Sequence record: NZ_CP099764.1
DNA from: a plasmid
Length of the DNA: 64,000 bases
Reading direction: 5' to 3' (one strand)
Shown here in pieces: positions 1 to 10,993 of the stretch. The position numbers and the translations under genes are program-made. Each line of letters starts with the position of its first letter. The stretch's first letter is position 1. The notes beneath the pieces were generated by a model. It was not told the DNA's origin. It saw only the letters and a list, made by a program, of their open reading frames with translations, and did not search any database.

Positions 1-55
1 CATTTCTGTCTATTCTATTTCAATTCTTTAATAGAAAAATAAGGTTAGATAATAT

Positions 56-328
56 ATGACTCCCTCCCCCTATCCAAGAAATAACTTTAATACAGAGCTA
101 ATTCAATCATGTATGAATGGAGAACACTTTTCACTTTTAATTGAAATATCACCAATCAGAAGTAAAAAAAACATCATGGCTCTTAAGGAGTATTTGGTTG
201 ATGGTTATTCAAAGCAAGAAAGTTGTGAAAGGAACAATGTTTCCATTAGTTATTTTTGCCTATGCCTAAAAAAACTAAACTATGCACACAGTATTGTTAG
301 TGCTCTTAAATATTTCTACCGTGAGTAA
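56..328 (+). CDS. hypothetical 90-aa protein in AT-rich accessory DNA; C-terminal part weakly resembles a LuxR/GerE-type HTH
   Basis: ORF in ~30% GC region; weak motif resemblance only. Confidence 0.2.
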   Translation: MTPSPYPRNNFNTELIQSCMNGEHFSLLIEISPIRSKKNIMALKEYLVDGYSKQESCERNNVSISYFCLCLKKLNYAHSIVSALKYFYRE

Positions 329-844
329 ACTGTAACTGAAGTCTTGATTCTTACGCTTAGACACTGCTAAGCCGTTATGGCATAGCTGATAATTTATATT
401 GCACTATGTCAGCTACTGTAAGATAATATAAGCTATTTTAAAGAAAACTCTGTCATTCATCATTTTGTTTAATGATAGGTTTTGTTATTAATATAAAAGA
501 ACATGCTCATTCATTAAAATAAAAACAAGATGTTCTTTTATTATTTTCATTCCCTATGAGGTTAGTCCTTGATTCATTTTCAGTATCTTCTAACTCATTC
601 ATTTGCCGATTACTTTAATTCACAGTCTTGTTTTTTATCCTGCCTATTAGAGATAAAAGTGGTATCGATGGATGCCGAGTGTGTTGCACATGCTGTATTC
701 TCAGGAATAAGAACTGTCACTTCCAAAACACGCGATATATGATTGAATCTCTGTGGGGGGATAAAAACTTGCCTTTTTCCGCAGTCTGAAAACAGGATGG
801 GGGCGACGGATGGTTACGCAGGCAAGGGCGAGGTTCGGAAATAA

Positions 845-1096
<252 letters not shown>

Positions 1097-1419
1097 TAGC
1101 CAAGTCAAGTTCATCTTGCCATCACTATTTTTCCATACCGCATTACTATCTAATACAGTCGCACGAGCGGCCTTCTAATTTGAGGGTTTCGAGCCCTGAA
1201 GAGGCATATCCCATCGTTTTACAGATATTGCAGAAATTGGTACGCAATATGCTGCTTCTTCCTGGAGTTTCTTCCTGGTATTTGTATCGAAGTCTACATT
1301 AAGCAGGTCGAACTTCCAGCTTTCCCGATAAAACCTTATAATATCCTTGGGACAAAGGAGAATAAACTGGTTTGTCGTAAACATAGAAACAGCCTGCACA
1401 GAGTAATATTCCCCCGGTT

Positions 1420-2343
1420 TTATATTTTTTTACCCCATACTGCATTGGAAAAAAACTCCTCCGGATATTCACTTGTTTTAATAATGTAGCTATGTATTTT
1501 GAAGTCACTTATACCTGAGAGCTTAATAACTGAATGGGTAAAAATTACTGGTAATACGGTTATTTGAGTCGATATAACTAATAATATCATCAAGGATGCG
1601 ACAAATGCAGAACTAATTCTTTTAGAAAGTTTATGCTGTGGATTCATTTTTAGATAAATGAGGCCGGGAAGTATTGTCAGAATAAAAATAAAATATGACA
1701 TGAAAGCCAGTTCAGCTATCACTTTGAAATTAATACTCTTATCTGAAGTTTCAATATTCCTAAAAACCATCTCCAGTGGAATTACCTGAAGATGCACCAG
1801 TAAAGCAATAGACAACGGAATGACAAGATAGATCTGAACACGTCTCAACAGTTTCATTCTATTATTTTTAAACGATAAGTCATATTCAAGATACCTCGTG
1901 TTTATTATGGCTGAAATAACAACTATTAGTACTCCTATACTTAAAATAGATAACCAGCCAGAGTTATCTTTAACACTCTGGTCAAAATCAAATGCACAGT
2001 ATAACACGTATATAAAGGCCATGGGGAAGAGGCCAGATAACATCATTACAGATAAAAAATTACCCTGAATCTTATTGTAAGCAGGAAGATTTTTTATATC
2101 ATAAGGAATAACTATTGGTATAAAAAAAGATGTTATAAAAAAAATAAAAATGATCATAATCAATGATAGAATAGTTGTACAACAAACCAATACCAAGATG
2201 CTTTTAATATTCATCACATCAAAGAAAATATCAAGTCGATCCAGACGACTGAAATATCCCCAGAGAACTATCAACGCAATCCCTGATATAATACTTGATG
2301 GTGTTAATACTGAAACTATTAGCGTCTTCCACTTCTGATTCAT
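1420..2343 (-). CDS. polytopic inner-membrane protein (~10 predicted TM helices; Wzy/EpsG-like O-antigen-polymerase-type architecture suspected)
   Basis: 307-aa ORF, extremely hydrophobic with periodic TM-like segments, very AT-rich codon usage typical of horizontally acquired polysaccharide loci. Confidence 0.4.
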   Translation of the reverse strand: MNQKWKTLIVSVLTPSSIISGIALIVLWGYFSRLDRLDIFFDVMNIKSILVLVCCTTILSLIMIIFIFFITSFFIPIVIPYDIKNLPAYNKIQGNFLSVMMLSGLFPMAFIYVLYCAFDFDQSVKDNSGWLSILSIGVLIVVISAIINTRYLEYDLSFKNNRMKLLRRVQIYLVIPLSIALLVHLQVIPLEMVFRNIETSDKSINFKVIAELAFMSYFIFILTILPGLIYLKMNPQHKLSKRISSAFVASLMILLVISTQITVLPVIFTHSVIKLSGISDFKIHSYIIKTSEYPEEFFSNAVWGKKI

Positions 2344-3018
2344 TTTAACTTCCTGGTTTTGCTATAAAGAGAGCATAAAAAAGACTGAATAAGTTATTAC
2401 ACTTCATTGTTTGACTCCTCGCAGTAACCTTTCAGGAAGGTTGTCGGATATTTTTGATAAATTATGTCATAAACATATTATTGTAAGTAATGATTTCACT
2501 AAATTTATTTGATCGTCGTCATAATATTTTTAATCTGAATATAGAAGATGATTGTGTCATATGCAGTATGATATAAAACGTTAAAAGTGACTGAATAGAT
2601 AACAGTTCATGCATGAACAAGACCATAACATAACATAATAAAATATGCTTATTATGCATAACCTTATGTTGTGACTAAGCCGCCTTAAAACTGAGAAGTA
2701 GCTAAGAATATGGCGTCAGACACCTTCAGTTGTCGTAGAAGGTTATCTGCAGGATTTTTCTCCGTATCTGCCTGTTCCTGGCATTACCCCAATTCTCCCA
2801 AAAACGGCAAACCAGTCCTCAGCCCGCACCATGACTGGCTTAAGACAGGATCCCTGCGGCAAAACGCGCCTTTACGTATTTGGTTTTACCCGCAATAATG
2901 CGTGATAAGCAAACAAAAGGATCCGCGCGCTGCGATTTATTGTCGTGGAAGGATCCGGGCGTTCAGGTCAGAATACCTGTATCCATAAACAGTGCGTGTG
3001 CTACGTGAAAAATAACTC

Positions 3019-3759
3019 ATGAACAATGTCATTCCCCTGCAGAATTCACCAGAACGCGTCTCCCTGTTACCCATTGCGCCGGGGGTGGATTTTGCAACAG
3101 CGCTCTCCCTGAGAAGAATGGCCACTTCCACAGGGGCCACACCGGCCTACCTGCTGGCCCCGGAAGTGAGTGCCCTTCTTTTCTATATGCCGGATCAGCG
3201 TCACCATATGCTGTTCGCCACCCTCTGGAATACCGGAATGCGTATTGGCGAAGCCCGGATGCTGACACCGGAATCATTTGACCTGGATGGAGTAAGACCG
3301 TTTGTGCGGATCCTGTCCGAAAAAGTGCGTGCGCGACGCGGACGCCCGCCAAAAGATGAAGTCCGCCTGGTTCCGCTGACGGATATAAGCTATGTCAGGC
3401 AGATGGAAAGCTGGATGATCACCACCCGGCCCCGTCGTCGTGAACCATTATGGGCCGTGACCGACGAAACCATGCGCAACTGGCTGAAGCAGGCTGTCAG
3501 ACGGGCCGAAGCTGACGGAGTACACTTTTCGATTCCGGTCACACCACACACCTTCCGGCACAGCTATATCATGCACATGCTCTATCACCGCCAGCCCCGG
3601 AAAGTCATCCAGGCACTGGCTGGTCACAGGGATCCACGTTCTATGGAGGTTTATACCAGAGTGTTTGCACTGGATATGGCAGCCACGCTGGCAGTGCCTT
3701 TCACAGGTGACGGGCGGGATGCTGCGGAGATCCTGCGTACACTGCCTCCCCTGAAGTAA
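3019..3759 (+). CDS. tyrosine-type site-specific recombinase/integrase associated with IS91-family element
   Basis: C-terminal catalytic region ...[12 protein letters not shown]...[15 protein letters not shown] (R/H-x-x-R/Y tyrosine recombinase motifs); lies immediately upstream of the IS91-family transposase. Confidence 0.8.
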
Positions 3760-3978
3760 CGGCACCTCCTTATATAAGCAGTGGTCAGCAGAACAGACAT
3801 AACATAAGCTGGAGCAGGTAGATAAGCTGTAGTGAGTAAACCATGTTTTATGAAGGGAGCAATGCCTCAGCATCAGGTTACGGGGTGACTCACGTAAGGA
3901 ACCACGGCAGCCTGGCGGCTGCAAATCGTGGTGTGGCAGAATATGAGCTTTCAGAGTAACCATCCAGAATGAGTTCCC

Positions 3979-4251
3979 ATGTCACACAACCTGGAGCACC
4001 AGAAAGTCCACACCAGAATGGTGAAAGAGGTTCTGAAAGCCGTCGCCAGGGCCAATAATCACCCTTATCAGTCTGTATTTACAGACTTTATCGCCGGTCA
4101 TCCCTCCTGTACGGTCTGTTTCTGGGAAACCTTCCACAAAATGTACCCGGATTCACCGTACGAATACGTCACGTTCTGCCATACCTGCCGTCGTTTTGAT
4201 TTATACGAAACTGAAGCGGAGATGAAGGCGGATGACCCGAAGTGGTGGTGA
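3979..4251 (+). CDS. small Cys/His-rich ORF preceding and overlapping the IS91-family tnpA start (ORF121-like accessory ORF?)
   Basis: 90-aa ORF overlapping tnpA start by 20 nt in another frame; C/H-rich (CTVCF...FCHTCRRF). Confidence 0.3.
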   Translation: MSHNLEHQKVHTRMVKEVLKAVARANNHPYQSVFTDFIAGHPSCTVCFWETFHKMYPDSPYEYVTFCHTCRRFDLYETEAEMKADDPKWW

Positions 4252-5440
4252 TTTTCAGCCCCGACCGCTGAAACGCCTGTTCACAGCCAACCAGTGCTGG
4301 ACATCCTTCCTGGATGCGGGCGGCCTGCGCGATATCGAGGTTGAGGCTGTCACAAAAATGCTGGCCTGCGGCACGCGGATACTGGGTGTGAAGGAATACA
4401 ACTGCGATAAACCTGAGTGCCCCCACGTCAGATACGTCACTAACTCATGTGGCAGCCGTGCCTGCCCGTCCTGCGGAAAAAAGGCCACAGACCTGTGGAT
4501 AGCGACACAGCTGAATCGTCTTCCTGACTGCGACTGGGTGCACCTGGTCTTCACCCTGCCGGACACGCTGTGGCCGGTGTTCGAAAGCAACCGCTGGCTG
4601 CTGAATGACGTGTGCCGTCTGGCGGTGGAGAATCTGCTGTATGCAGCCCGGAAACGGGGTCTGGAACCCGGTATCTTCTGCGCCATCCATACGTATGGCC
4701 GTCGTCTCAACTGGCATCCGCATGTGCATGTGTCAGTGACCTGCGGAGGTCTGAATAAACACGGACACTGGAAAAAGCTGAGCTTCCTGAAAGACGCGAT
4801 GCGTTCGCGGTGGATGTGGAATATGCGGCAGCTGCTTCTGAAAGCGTGGTCAGAAGGTCTGGCGATGCCGGAATCGTTGTCACATATCACGACGGAATCA
4901 CAGTGGAGAAGCCTGGTGCTGAAAGCCGGCGGAAAATACTGGCATGTGTACATGTCGAAGAAGACAGCCGGAGGGCGGAATACGGCACGCTACCTGGGTC
5001 GTTATCTGAAGAAGCCACCAATAGCGGCTTCCCGGCTGGCGCATTACAACGGAGGAGCGAGTCTGAGCTTCCGTTACCTGGACCACAAAACGGGAGAAAC
5101 GGCGACGGAAACGCTGACACAGCGGGAGCTGGTCGCGAGGCTGAAACAGCACATCCCGGAGAAGTTTTTTAAGATGGTGAGATACTTCGGGTTCCTTGCC
5201 AACCGGGTGTGTGGAGAGAAGCTGCCGCAGGTGTACCGTGCTCTGGGGATGGATAAGCCGGAACCAGTGGCGAAAGTGTGCTATGCACAAATGGTGAAAC
5301 AGTTCCTGAGTCGTGACCCGTTCGAATGCGTGCTGTGTGGCGGCCGGATGGTATACCGCCGGGCCATTGCGGGGCTGAATGTATCAGGGCTGAAGAAAAA
5401 CGCGCGGGATATCAGTCTGCTGAGGTATATGCCGGCCTGA
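4232..5440 (+). CDS. tnpA: IS91-family (IS1294-like) rolling-circle HUH transposase
   Basis: 402 aa; N-terminal Zn-ribbon (NCDKPECPHV...CGSRACPSCG) and HUH-type motif HPHVHVSVTCGGL; length matches IS1294 TnpA as I remember it. Confidence 0.9.
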   Translation: MTRSGGDFQPRPLKRLFTANQCWTSFLDAGGLRDIEVEAVTKMLACGTRILGVKEYNCDKPECPHVRYVTNSCGSRACPSCGKKATDLWIATQLNRLPDCDWVHLVFTLPDTLWPVFESNRWLLNDVCRLAVENLLYAARKRGLEPGIFCAIHTYGRRLNWHPHVHVSVTCGGLNKHGHWKKLSFLKDAMRSRWMWNMRQLLLKAWSEGLAMPESLSHITTESQWRSLVLKAGGKYWHVYMSKKTAGGRNTARYLGRYLKKPPIAASRLAHYNGGASLSFRYLDHKTGETATETLTQRELVARLKQHIPEKFFKMVRYFGFLANRVCGEKLPQVYRALGMDKPEPVAKVCYAQMVKQFLSRDPFECVLCGGRMVYRRAIAGLNVSGLKKNARDISLLRYMPA

Positions 5441-5554
5441 CACAGGCTAAGTGTGCCCGGGAATCGGTGCAGGTATAAAAAACAGCCTGTTACGGTATAA
5501 AAATCGACCATGCAGAGAGAGAAACCACCGGAGTGGAGGGAAAAGCAGAAAGGC

Positions 5555-6034
5555 TCACGTGGCATAAGGCGTGGACAGCGGTATCGTCTGGTTTTTCAAT
5601 TTCCTATACGTCGAGCCGATGGCCTCCATCTTATCGGTAAGCACCGAAATCATGCCTGAGATACGCTCCAGTTCACCGAAGGTTCGTGCGCGCTGCACGG
5701 CAACAAACACGGCCAGCCTGTAGCGTTCATCATCTGTCAGCCTGCGAATATCCCTGTGCGCCAGCAGGGCTGCAATTACCGGTGCCGCGTGGTGCTCGTA
5801 AATCCCCAGCAGTGGTTCAAGACTCAGACGGTCCGGGTGATTATCGAGGTTGTAGAACGTGTTGCGGACGGTCGCGTCATCCGGCGTGGTGGCATAGGCG
5901 CGCCCGGCAGCCTTGTCAAAGGCGTATAAGCGCTGCCGCTTACCCTTTCCCGGCGTACTGAAATGCTTCAGTAAAAAACGGGGAACCGTATGCTGCCTGA
6001 CCACATCGGTCTGCAGATTGAATGGATCGGCCAT
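5555..6034 (-). pseudogene. DUF4238-family protein, C-terminally truncated (probably by the IS91-family insertion)
   Basis: N-terminus carries HTVPRFLLKHF, matching the H-x-VPxFYL-F signature of DUF4238; only ~160 aa (family members are typically ~300 aa, from memory); the ORF ends against the IS unit. Confidence 0.5.
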
Positions 6035-6385
6035 AACTTTATCTCCCTGAAAAGCCACGCAAGCGCATCGGTGCATCTGTATTGACGGCATGGGCAGCTG
6101 GTTTGCAGCTTAGCATTAGAAAACAGAACCGTTCGATAATACCTGTGTTTAACGCCCTGTCAGTACCGATGGAATTTAAATCTCCGGAACCGCCGGAAAC
6201 CGGATCTGCACGACGGGAAACGGGCAACTGATATGATAATTTAGCAATACACATAAAATCATATCAGATATGATTTTCATCATTATAAATGAAACAATAT
6301 CTGATATTATCAGAAACTAAGAATACATAAATCATACATGACATGATTTTTACCTGTCAGAACATTATCAGATGGAGCGTGCAGG

Positions 6386-6640
6386 ATGGATGAAGAAAGG
6401 GTGTTTTCACTCAGCTATGAGCAACTAACCCGAATAGCGGAAAAAAATATCCGTGAATGTGGGCTGGACAACCAGAGCGCCAGGTGTATTAGTGAATTGA
6501 AGGCCTCAGCTCTGCTGTGGTTGTGGTATGAACTGGCCATTCATGGTGCGCCACAGAACAATCACGCACAGGCCCGGGAACGCATCGATACCGATTATCA
6601 GCGCCTCAAAAAACTCATCTGGTCGGAGGGTGACAGTTAA
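6386..6640 (+). CDS. hypothetical 84-aa protein, translationally coupled to downstream gene
   Basis: ORF; stop/start overlap TTAATG with next ORF. Confidence 0.45.
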   Translation: MDEERVFSLSYEQLTRIAEKNIRECGLDNQSARCISELKASALLWLWYELAIHGAPQNNHAQARERIDTDYQRLKKLIWSEGDS

Positions 6641-7230
6641 TGACTCAGAGCCGCCGACCGTCGCCACTGCAGCGGAGAGTGCTGATTGTGCTGGCTGCCC
6701 TTGATGAAAAACGGCCGGGACCCGTGCTGACGCGGGACATAGAACGGGTGCTGGAGCGAAGCGGGGAAGCCCCGGTCTACGGGCCAAACCTGCGCGCCTC
6801 CTGCCGTCGTCTGGAGGATGCCGGCTGGCTTCGTACCCTGCGCGCTCCGAACCTGCAGCTGGCAGTGGAGCTGACGGACGCCGGCCGGGCCGTGGCACAG
6901 CCTCTGCTGCTGGCAGAACAGGACCGCCTCCGGGCAGAACAGCGTGCGGCAGAAGTCGTCGTACTGCCGCTGGTCCCGGCAGCAGGTCTGCCCGCAGACG
7001 GCACTTCTGCCACTGATCTGGCGGTAGAGCTGAACGGCATAACGTATCAGGCCTGCCGTGGGGATTTTGTGGTGCGTCTCGACGGCAGCACCTGTCTGCA
7101 GTTATGGAATAAAGAAGGCAGGGTGGTATGCCTGGAGGGCGATCCGCTGGAAGTGGCGCAGTGGCTGCAGGCCTGTCATGACGCAGGAATAGAGGTTCGC
7201 GTACAGATAAATGAAAGTAGCGTCCCGTAA
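6640..7230 (+). CDS. hypothetical 196-aa protein, N-terminal winged-helix-like segment; unusually GC-rich
   Basis: ORF with A/L/R-rich composition; RRVLIVLAALDEK...LTRDIERVLE resembles the wHTH of MarR/PadR-type proteins; ATG overlaps the upstream stop. Confidence 0.5.
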   Translation: MTQSRRPSPLQRRVLIVLAALDEKRPGPVLTRDIERVLERSGEAPVYGPNLRASCRRLEDAGWLRTLRAPNLQLAVELTDAGRAVAQPLLLAEQDRLRAEQRAAEVVVLPLVPAAGLPADGTSATDLAVELNGITYQACRGDFVVRLDGSTCLQLWNKEGRVVCLEGDPLEVAQWLQACHDAGIEVRVQINESSVP

Positions 7231-7247
7231 AAACATGCCTGCATGGT

Positions 7248-7595
7248 TTACACGTCATCCCATGGTGGCAGCCGGTTAACTTTCCTGCGCCACCAGTGGA
7301 AAGAGGCCGTGAGCAGTCCGAACAAAAAACCACCCGTGATACTTATAATAATGGCCTCACCTGCCACCATTCCTGACGGCCCCCAGTAGATAAACCACAT
7401 TGCACATCCCCAGGAAGTGCCCCATAAGCCCCCCGTCAGCACCGCGACCTGCCAGAACGGCATAAAGGGTAATGGCGGAAGCCGGATACCCAGCCGCCAG
7501 AGAATACGCAGAAGAGGAGGGGCATAATTGCTCCGCCACATCTTTTTGCTGTCCATCAGGGCAATGGCCCGGGCTTTTTTCTGCTCAAAGGGCAC
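7248..7595 (-). CDS. small inner-membrane protein (2-3 TM), unknown function
   Basis: 115-aa hydrophobic ORF. Confidence 0.45.
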   Translation of the reverse strand: MPFEQKKARAIALMDSKKMWRSNYAPPLLRILWRLGIRLPPLPFMPFWQVAVLTGGLWGTSWGCAMWFIYWGPSGMVAGEAIIISITGGFLFGLLTASFHWWRRKVNRLPPWDDV

Positions 7596-7679
7596 AGGAG
7601 CACCTCCGTTCCATGATGTAAACGTGACACAGCTTATTGTTATTGATTATTATCATGCTGTGATATCCGGACAGCCCCT

Positions 7680-7961
7680 CTATGGCCACTTCTGTGCAGT
7701 ATGCAATACTCGCAGGATATACACTTTTCCCCACTGGCTGTCGACCTCATAAACCAGAACAAAATGTGGGTGAATAACCAGTTCCCGGGTACCTTCCACA
7801 CGACCGTTGCGGCCTTTATACGGCTGCCCGGCCAGGCTGCTGGCTGAATAACCAATCCGTTCGTCCAGTTCAATGGCGGCCATCAGGTTCTGCTCCGCAA
7901 TGTACTCACGAATGCGCTTCCTGTCCTGGCTGGCCAGCATGGTCCAGAATATCTCCATCAT
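7680..7961 (-). CDS. relE: RelE/ParE-family toxin
   Basis: 93 aa; 4-nt overlap with upstream antitoxin gene; typical size and operon arrangement. Confidence 0.75.
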   Translation of the reverse strand: MMEIFWTMLASQDRKRIREYIAEQNLMAAIELDERIGYSASSLAGQPYKGRNGRVEGTRELVIHPHFVLVYEVDSQWGKVYILRVLHTAQKWP

Positions 7962-8227
7962 TTACCGGCGACCTTCCTGCTCATTTCATCCCTCCATGCT
8001 GCAGCAGATGATTCGACCATGTCATGGGGAAGCACATCGCCGTGCTCGAGTTGCTGACGTCCTGCCGCAACCTGGTCGCGGAACCAGGTATTATGCTGCC
8101 GTTCAACGGTCTGGCGCATAAAATCCCGGATTAACTGAGAGCCATTACGATCCATGCTTTTTGCAGCGGCCATAAAAGCATCCTTCAGTTCAGCGTCGAT
8201 TCTTAAACTCATATTAACCTGTGCCAT
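7958..8227 (-). CDS. relB: RelB/DinJ-family antitoxin
   Basis: 89 aa beginning MAQVNMSLRIDAELK (ribbon-helix-helix antitoxin signature); overlaps the toxin start. Confidence 0.8.
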   Translation of the reverse strand: MAQVNMSLRIDAELKDAFMAAAKSMDRNGSQLIRDFMRQTVERQHNTWFRDQVAAGRQQLEHGDVLPHDMVESSAAAWRDEMSRKVAGK

Positions 8228-8899
8228 TTATCACCTCGTCATTACTACGTATATACACAGTATATAACGATTCAGATATCGTCACCAGGATATGCCGCGT
8301 CAGCGGCATGGAAGGCGGCACTCCATTGTTGCATATGATACCGGAGTAAAACCGCCGAAGCCCGGCGTAAGCCGGTACTGATTGATAGATTTCACCTGTC
8401 CCATCCCCGCCCTGCTAAGCCATACCCGCTTTCAGCCATGATAGCGCTTCTGTGCGCGGTCGGAGTGGTCCCGACGAGGGTTTACCCGAAGTCGGGGCGT
8501 ATCTCCGCGTTAGCGGGCCGTCAGGGCCGCTTACGAGCGTGTACTCGATACTTCCAGCGAGAAGACTGACAGCGATGGAAATGCTTAGTTACAACATTCA
8601 TAATTAAAAGCGACTCTGTTCCGGCCCTTTGGGCCGGGGCGGGGCCGCTTTTCAGTTATGAGGGGGGGCTTTGCGGTTTCAGTTCTGCGCGGGACCGGGT
8701 TTTTTTTGGTGGTTGTATCTGAGTGTTGTAACTAAAGTGGCTCCGGTCGGGGCCCGCCGCTTGCGGTGGGAGGTGCATATCTGTCTGTCCACAGGACAGA
8801 CAGTGAACAGGTTTTCTTTTTAAATGAATGTAGTTAAGTAGTTTAAAGGAGATATAAACAGGTGTTTAAAAGATACATTGCATCCTGTAAGGCTGGCGG

Positions 8900-9140
8900 A
8901 TGGCGCTTTATGACATGAACGGTTGTAACCTTATGGGGAAGTCCCTTGCAGCTAAATGTGGATAAGCAAAATTCCTCGTCTGTGAGGCGTGTTTTGTATC
9001 AAAAACAGGAGGGACCGGATGCACCTGAAGGTGGATGATGAGGTTGTTTTTTGTATGCGGTGCTGTTTTTTTGTTCGCCGACAGGCTTCAGGCGTGCAGA
9101 TGCCTCCGGTGCGGGCCGGATTATTCAGAGGAGGTCACTT
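8900..9140. promoter_or_regulatory. oriR: RepFIIA oriR region downstream of repA1, with DnaA box
   Basis: TTATCCACA (DnaA box) on the minus strand at ~8951-8959, AT-rich stretch, position immediately 3' of repA1 as in R1/R100. Confidence 0.45.
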
Positions 9141-9998
9141 TCAGGGGGAAGCTGTGGCCAGCCGGCTGTAATTGCGGTTACGTGACAGAATCATGCGCTC
9201 CTTCACACGACGTTCCACTTCGCGTTTTATCGCCTCACGATTGGCAGTGAAGCGCCCTTCCGAGATTTCACGCGTCAGCTGCCGTTTCACCAGGGTGACG
9301 ATATCCTGACGTTCCCTGTTCGCATCACGACGCGCACGGGCACGTTTTATTCCACGGGACTTAAGCTCTGTCTGGTAACTGCGGAAACGCTCACGCACAA
9401 AACGCCAGGCTTTCGCTATCAGTTCATCCATACCCAGTGCATCCAGTCCCTGCTTCTTGCGCTGTCTGTTTTCCCATTCCACACGACTGCGGCGTGCGGA
9501 AGCCACCGCCACCTCAGACACATCGAGAGCGGCAAACAGTGCCGGTGTGAACGTGATGTCGGTCGGAATGTAGCACCCGATAAGCGGGTCATATTCCGTC
9601 TGGTAGGTAATCAACCCCAGCTCTGACAGGAACGTCAGGGCACGGGTGGCACGAGTGATGGAGAGTTTTCCTGCACCGGACTCTGTCGCCAGTCCGCACT
9701 CAATGGCCAGCGTGGTGATGGAGCACTGGACGCGGTTGGCCAGCGGATCATAGTGAAAACAGAGCCCCTGCAGCAGCGCATCAATGGCCCGGCGACGCAG
9801 TACCGGTGGCATGCGCCGACGCAGACCACGCGAACGGGCATGCGCCACATGAATGGCGAAATCAAAACGGGAGGTGAAGCCCACCGCCTTTTCCATCAGT
9901 TTTTCGCAGAACTTCAGCGTTCCGGCACCTTTACGGGGTGTAAACACCGGATTCGGGTTCTTTACCTGGCGGTAATACGTTTGTTGAAGATCAGTCAC
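9141..9998 (-). CDS. repA1: RepFIIA replication initiator RepA1
   Basis: Protein ...[52 protein letters not shown]... matches R1/R100 RepA1 as I remember it; probable GTG start giving 285 aa. Confidence 0.9.
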
Positions 9999-10084
9999 AC
10001 CATCCTGCACTTACAATGCGCAGAAGGAGTGAGCACAGAAAGAAGTCTTGAACTTTTCCGGGCATATAGCTATACTCCCCGCAT

Positions 10085-10177
10085 AGCTGAATTGCTGGCT
10101 ATACGGTTTTTAGATGGCCCCGGTAATCTTTCTGTACTCGCCAAAGTTAAAGAAGATTATCGGGGTTTTTGCTTTTC
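10085..10177 (+). ncRNA. copA: CopA antisense RNA (copy-number control), approximate ends
   Basis: Antisense to the repA leader between copB and repA1; stem-loop ggccccggtaatc...gattatcgggg followed by tttttgcttttc terminator on the + strand, closely matching R1 CopA stem-loop II as recalled. Confidence 0.55.
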
Positions 10178-10311
10178 TGGCTCCTGTACATCCACATCAG
10201 AACCAGTTCCTTGCCACCTTATGGCGTGGCCAGCCATAAAATTCCTTAAACGATCAGCAATCTATCACGCACACCAGAAACAGGCAAGAATGTGATGTCG
10301 CTACATTTCAG

Positions 10312-10560
10312 TTAGCTAAAAGCACTCTTCTGCCTTATCAGTTCGGCAATCATCTCAGCCTGAGTAACACCCTCAGCTTCACACATCTCCTGCAATTGCG
10401 CTTTTAACGCAGCAGGAATAAACACTCTGAGTTCTTTATGTGTGGCTCGTTTTCTTGCCAGGGATGCCTGCTGACGTTCTGCAAGCGTCAGAGGATTATC
10501 TTTTCTATATGCTCGCTTTGTACCTGATGAGGAAGTCACTGCATTTTCTGTCTGCGACAT
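10312..10560 (-). CDS. copB: CopB/RepA2 replication repressor
   Basis: 82-aa basic protein [24 protein letters not shown]... in the canonical position upstream of copA/repA1. Confidence 0.85.
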   Translation of the reverse strand: MSQTENAVTSSSGTKRAYRKDNPLTLAERQQASLARKRATHKELRVFIPAALKAQLQEMCEAEGVTQAEMIAELIRQKSAFS

Positions 10561-10843
10561 CTCGCCTCCTCAATTCTCAAACAGGGATCGTTTCGCAGAG
10601 GATACTACAGTTTTTTGAAATCAGCGACTTGAAAGTTGTGACGATGATCTGTGTTGGCGCACAAATCATGTCTGATTACGACCGTTTAATGTGATTTTGA
10701 TAATGAAATGACTGAAAAGATGGAAATGCCTTAACCTGTGTGCCGGCCCCGGGCGGGACCGGCTGTTTCTGGCATGTCGGGTGTCTGCCCCTGAAATACC
10801 TCACACTTCCGGAAAGCGGGGACTTCCGTCCCCGCCCGGCAGC

Positions 10844-10993
10844 TTACTTCCGTGCTTCGTAGGCCAGAGTTACCTGCACCACTGTATTTCCCCTGTGAAT
10901 ATTCAGCTCACATAACCGTTCCCTGAATATCAGTAAAAAACACAACACCGTGGCGCACACGGCGAGCACCCCGATAAGGGCATATTTCGTCAT
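10844..10993 (-). CDS. srnB: Hok/Gef-family toxin (SrnB/PndA-type)
   Basis: MTKYALIGVLAVCATVLCFLLIFRERLCELNIHRGNTVVQVTLAYEARK, ~50-aa single-TM peptide essentially identical to SrnB/PndA as recalled. Confidence 0.8.
   Translation of the reverse strand: MTKYALIGVLAVCATVLCFLLIFRERLCELNIHRGNTVVQVTLAYEARK

Larger units (their letters stand above)
2930..5550 (+). mobile_element. IS91-family insertion unit (recombinase + small ORF + tnpA); boundaries approximate
   Basis: Gene content; GC jump relative to flanking AT-rich DNA; ends not mapped (IS91 family lacks IRs). Confidence 0.5.

Noticed and set aside
6506-7333. 275-aa minus-strand ORF
   Set aside because: It is an antisense shadow frame of the GC-rich 6640-7230 gene. 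It is Pro/Arg/Ala-rich, which is typical of spurious ORFs in high-GC DNA.
8230-8900. GC-rich hairpin-dense region between relB and oriR (e.g. ccggccctttgggccggggcggggccgc at ~8625)
   Set aside because: It may include repA4, ter or terminator structures of the RepFIIA basic replicon. I cannot assign specific elements confidently without alignment.
9753-10295. 180-aa + strand ORF spanning the repA1 start, the tap leader and the copA region
   Set aside because: It overlaps the well-defined RepFIIA control region (CopA RNA, repA leader). The plausible explanation is the antisense RNA, not a protein.
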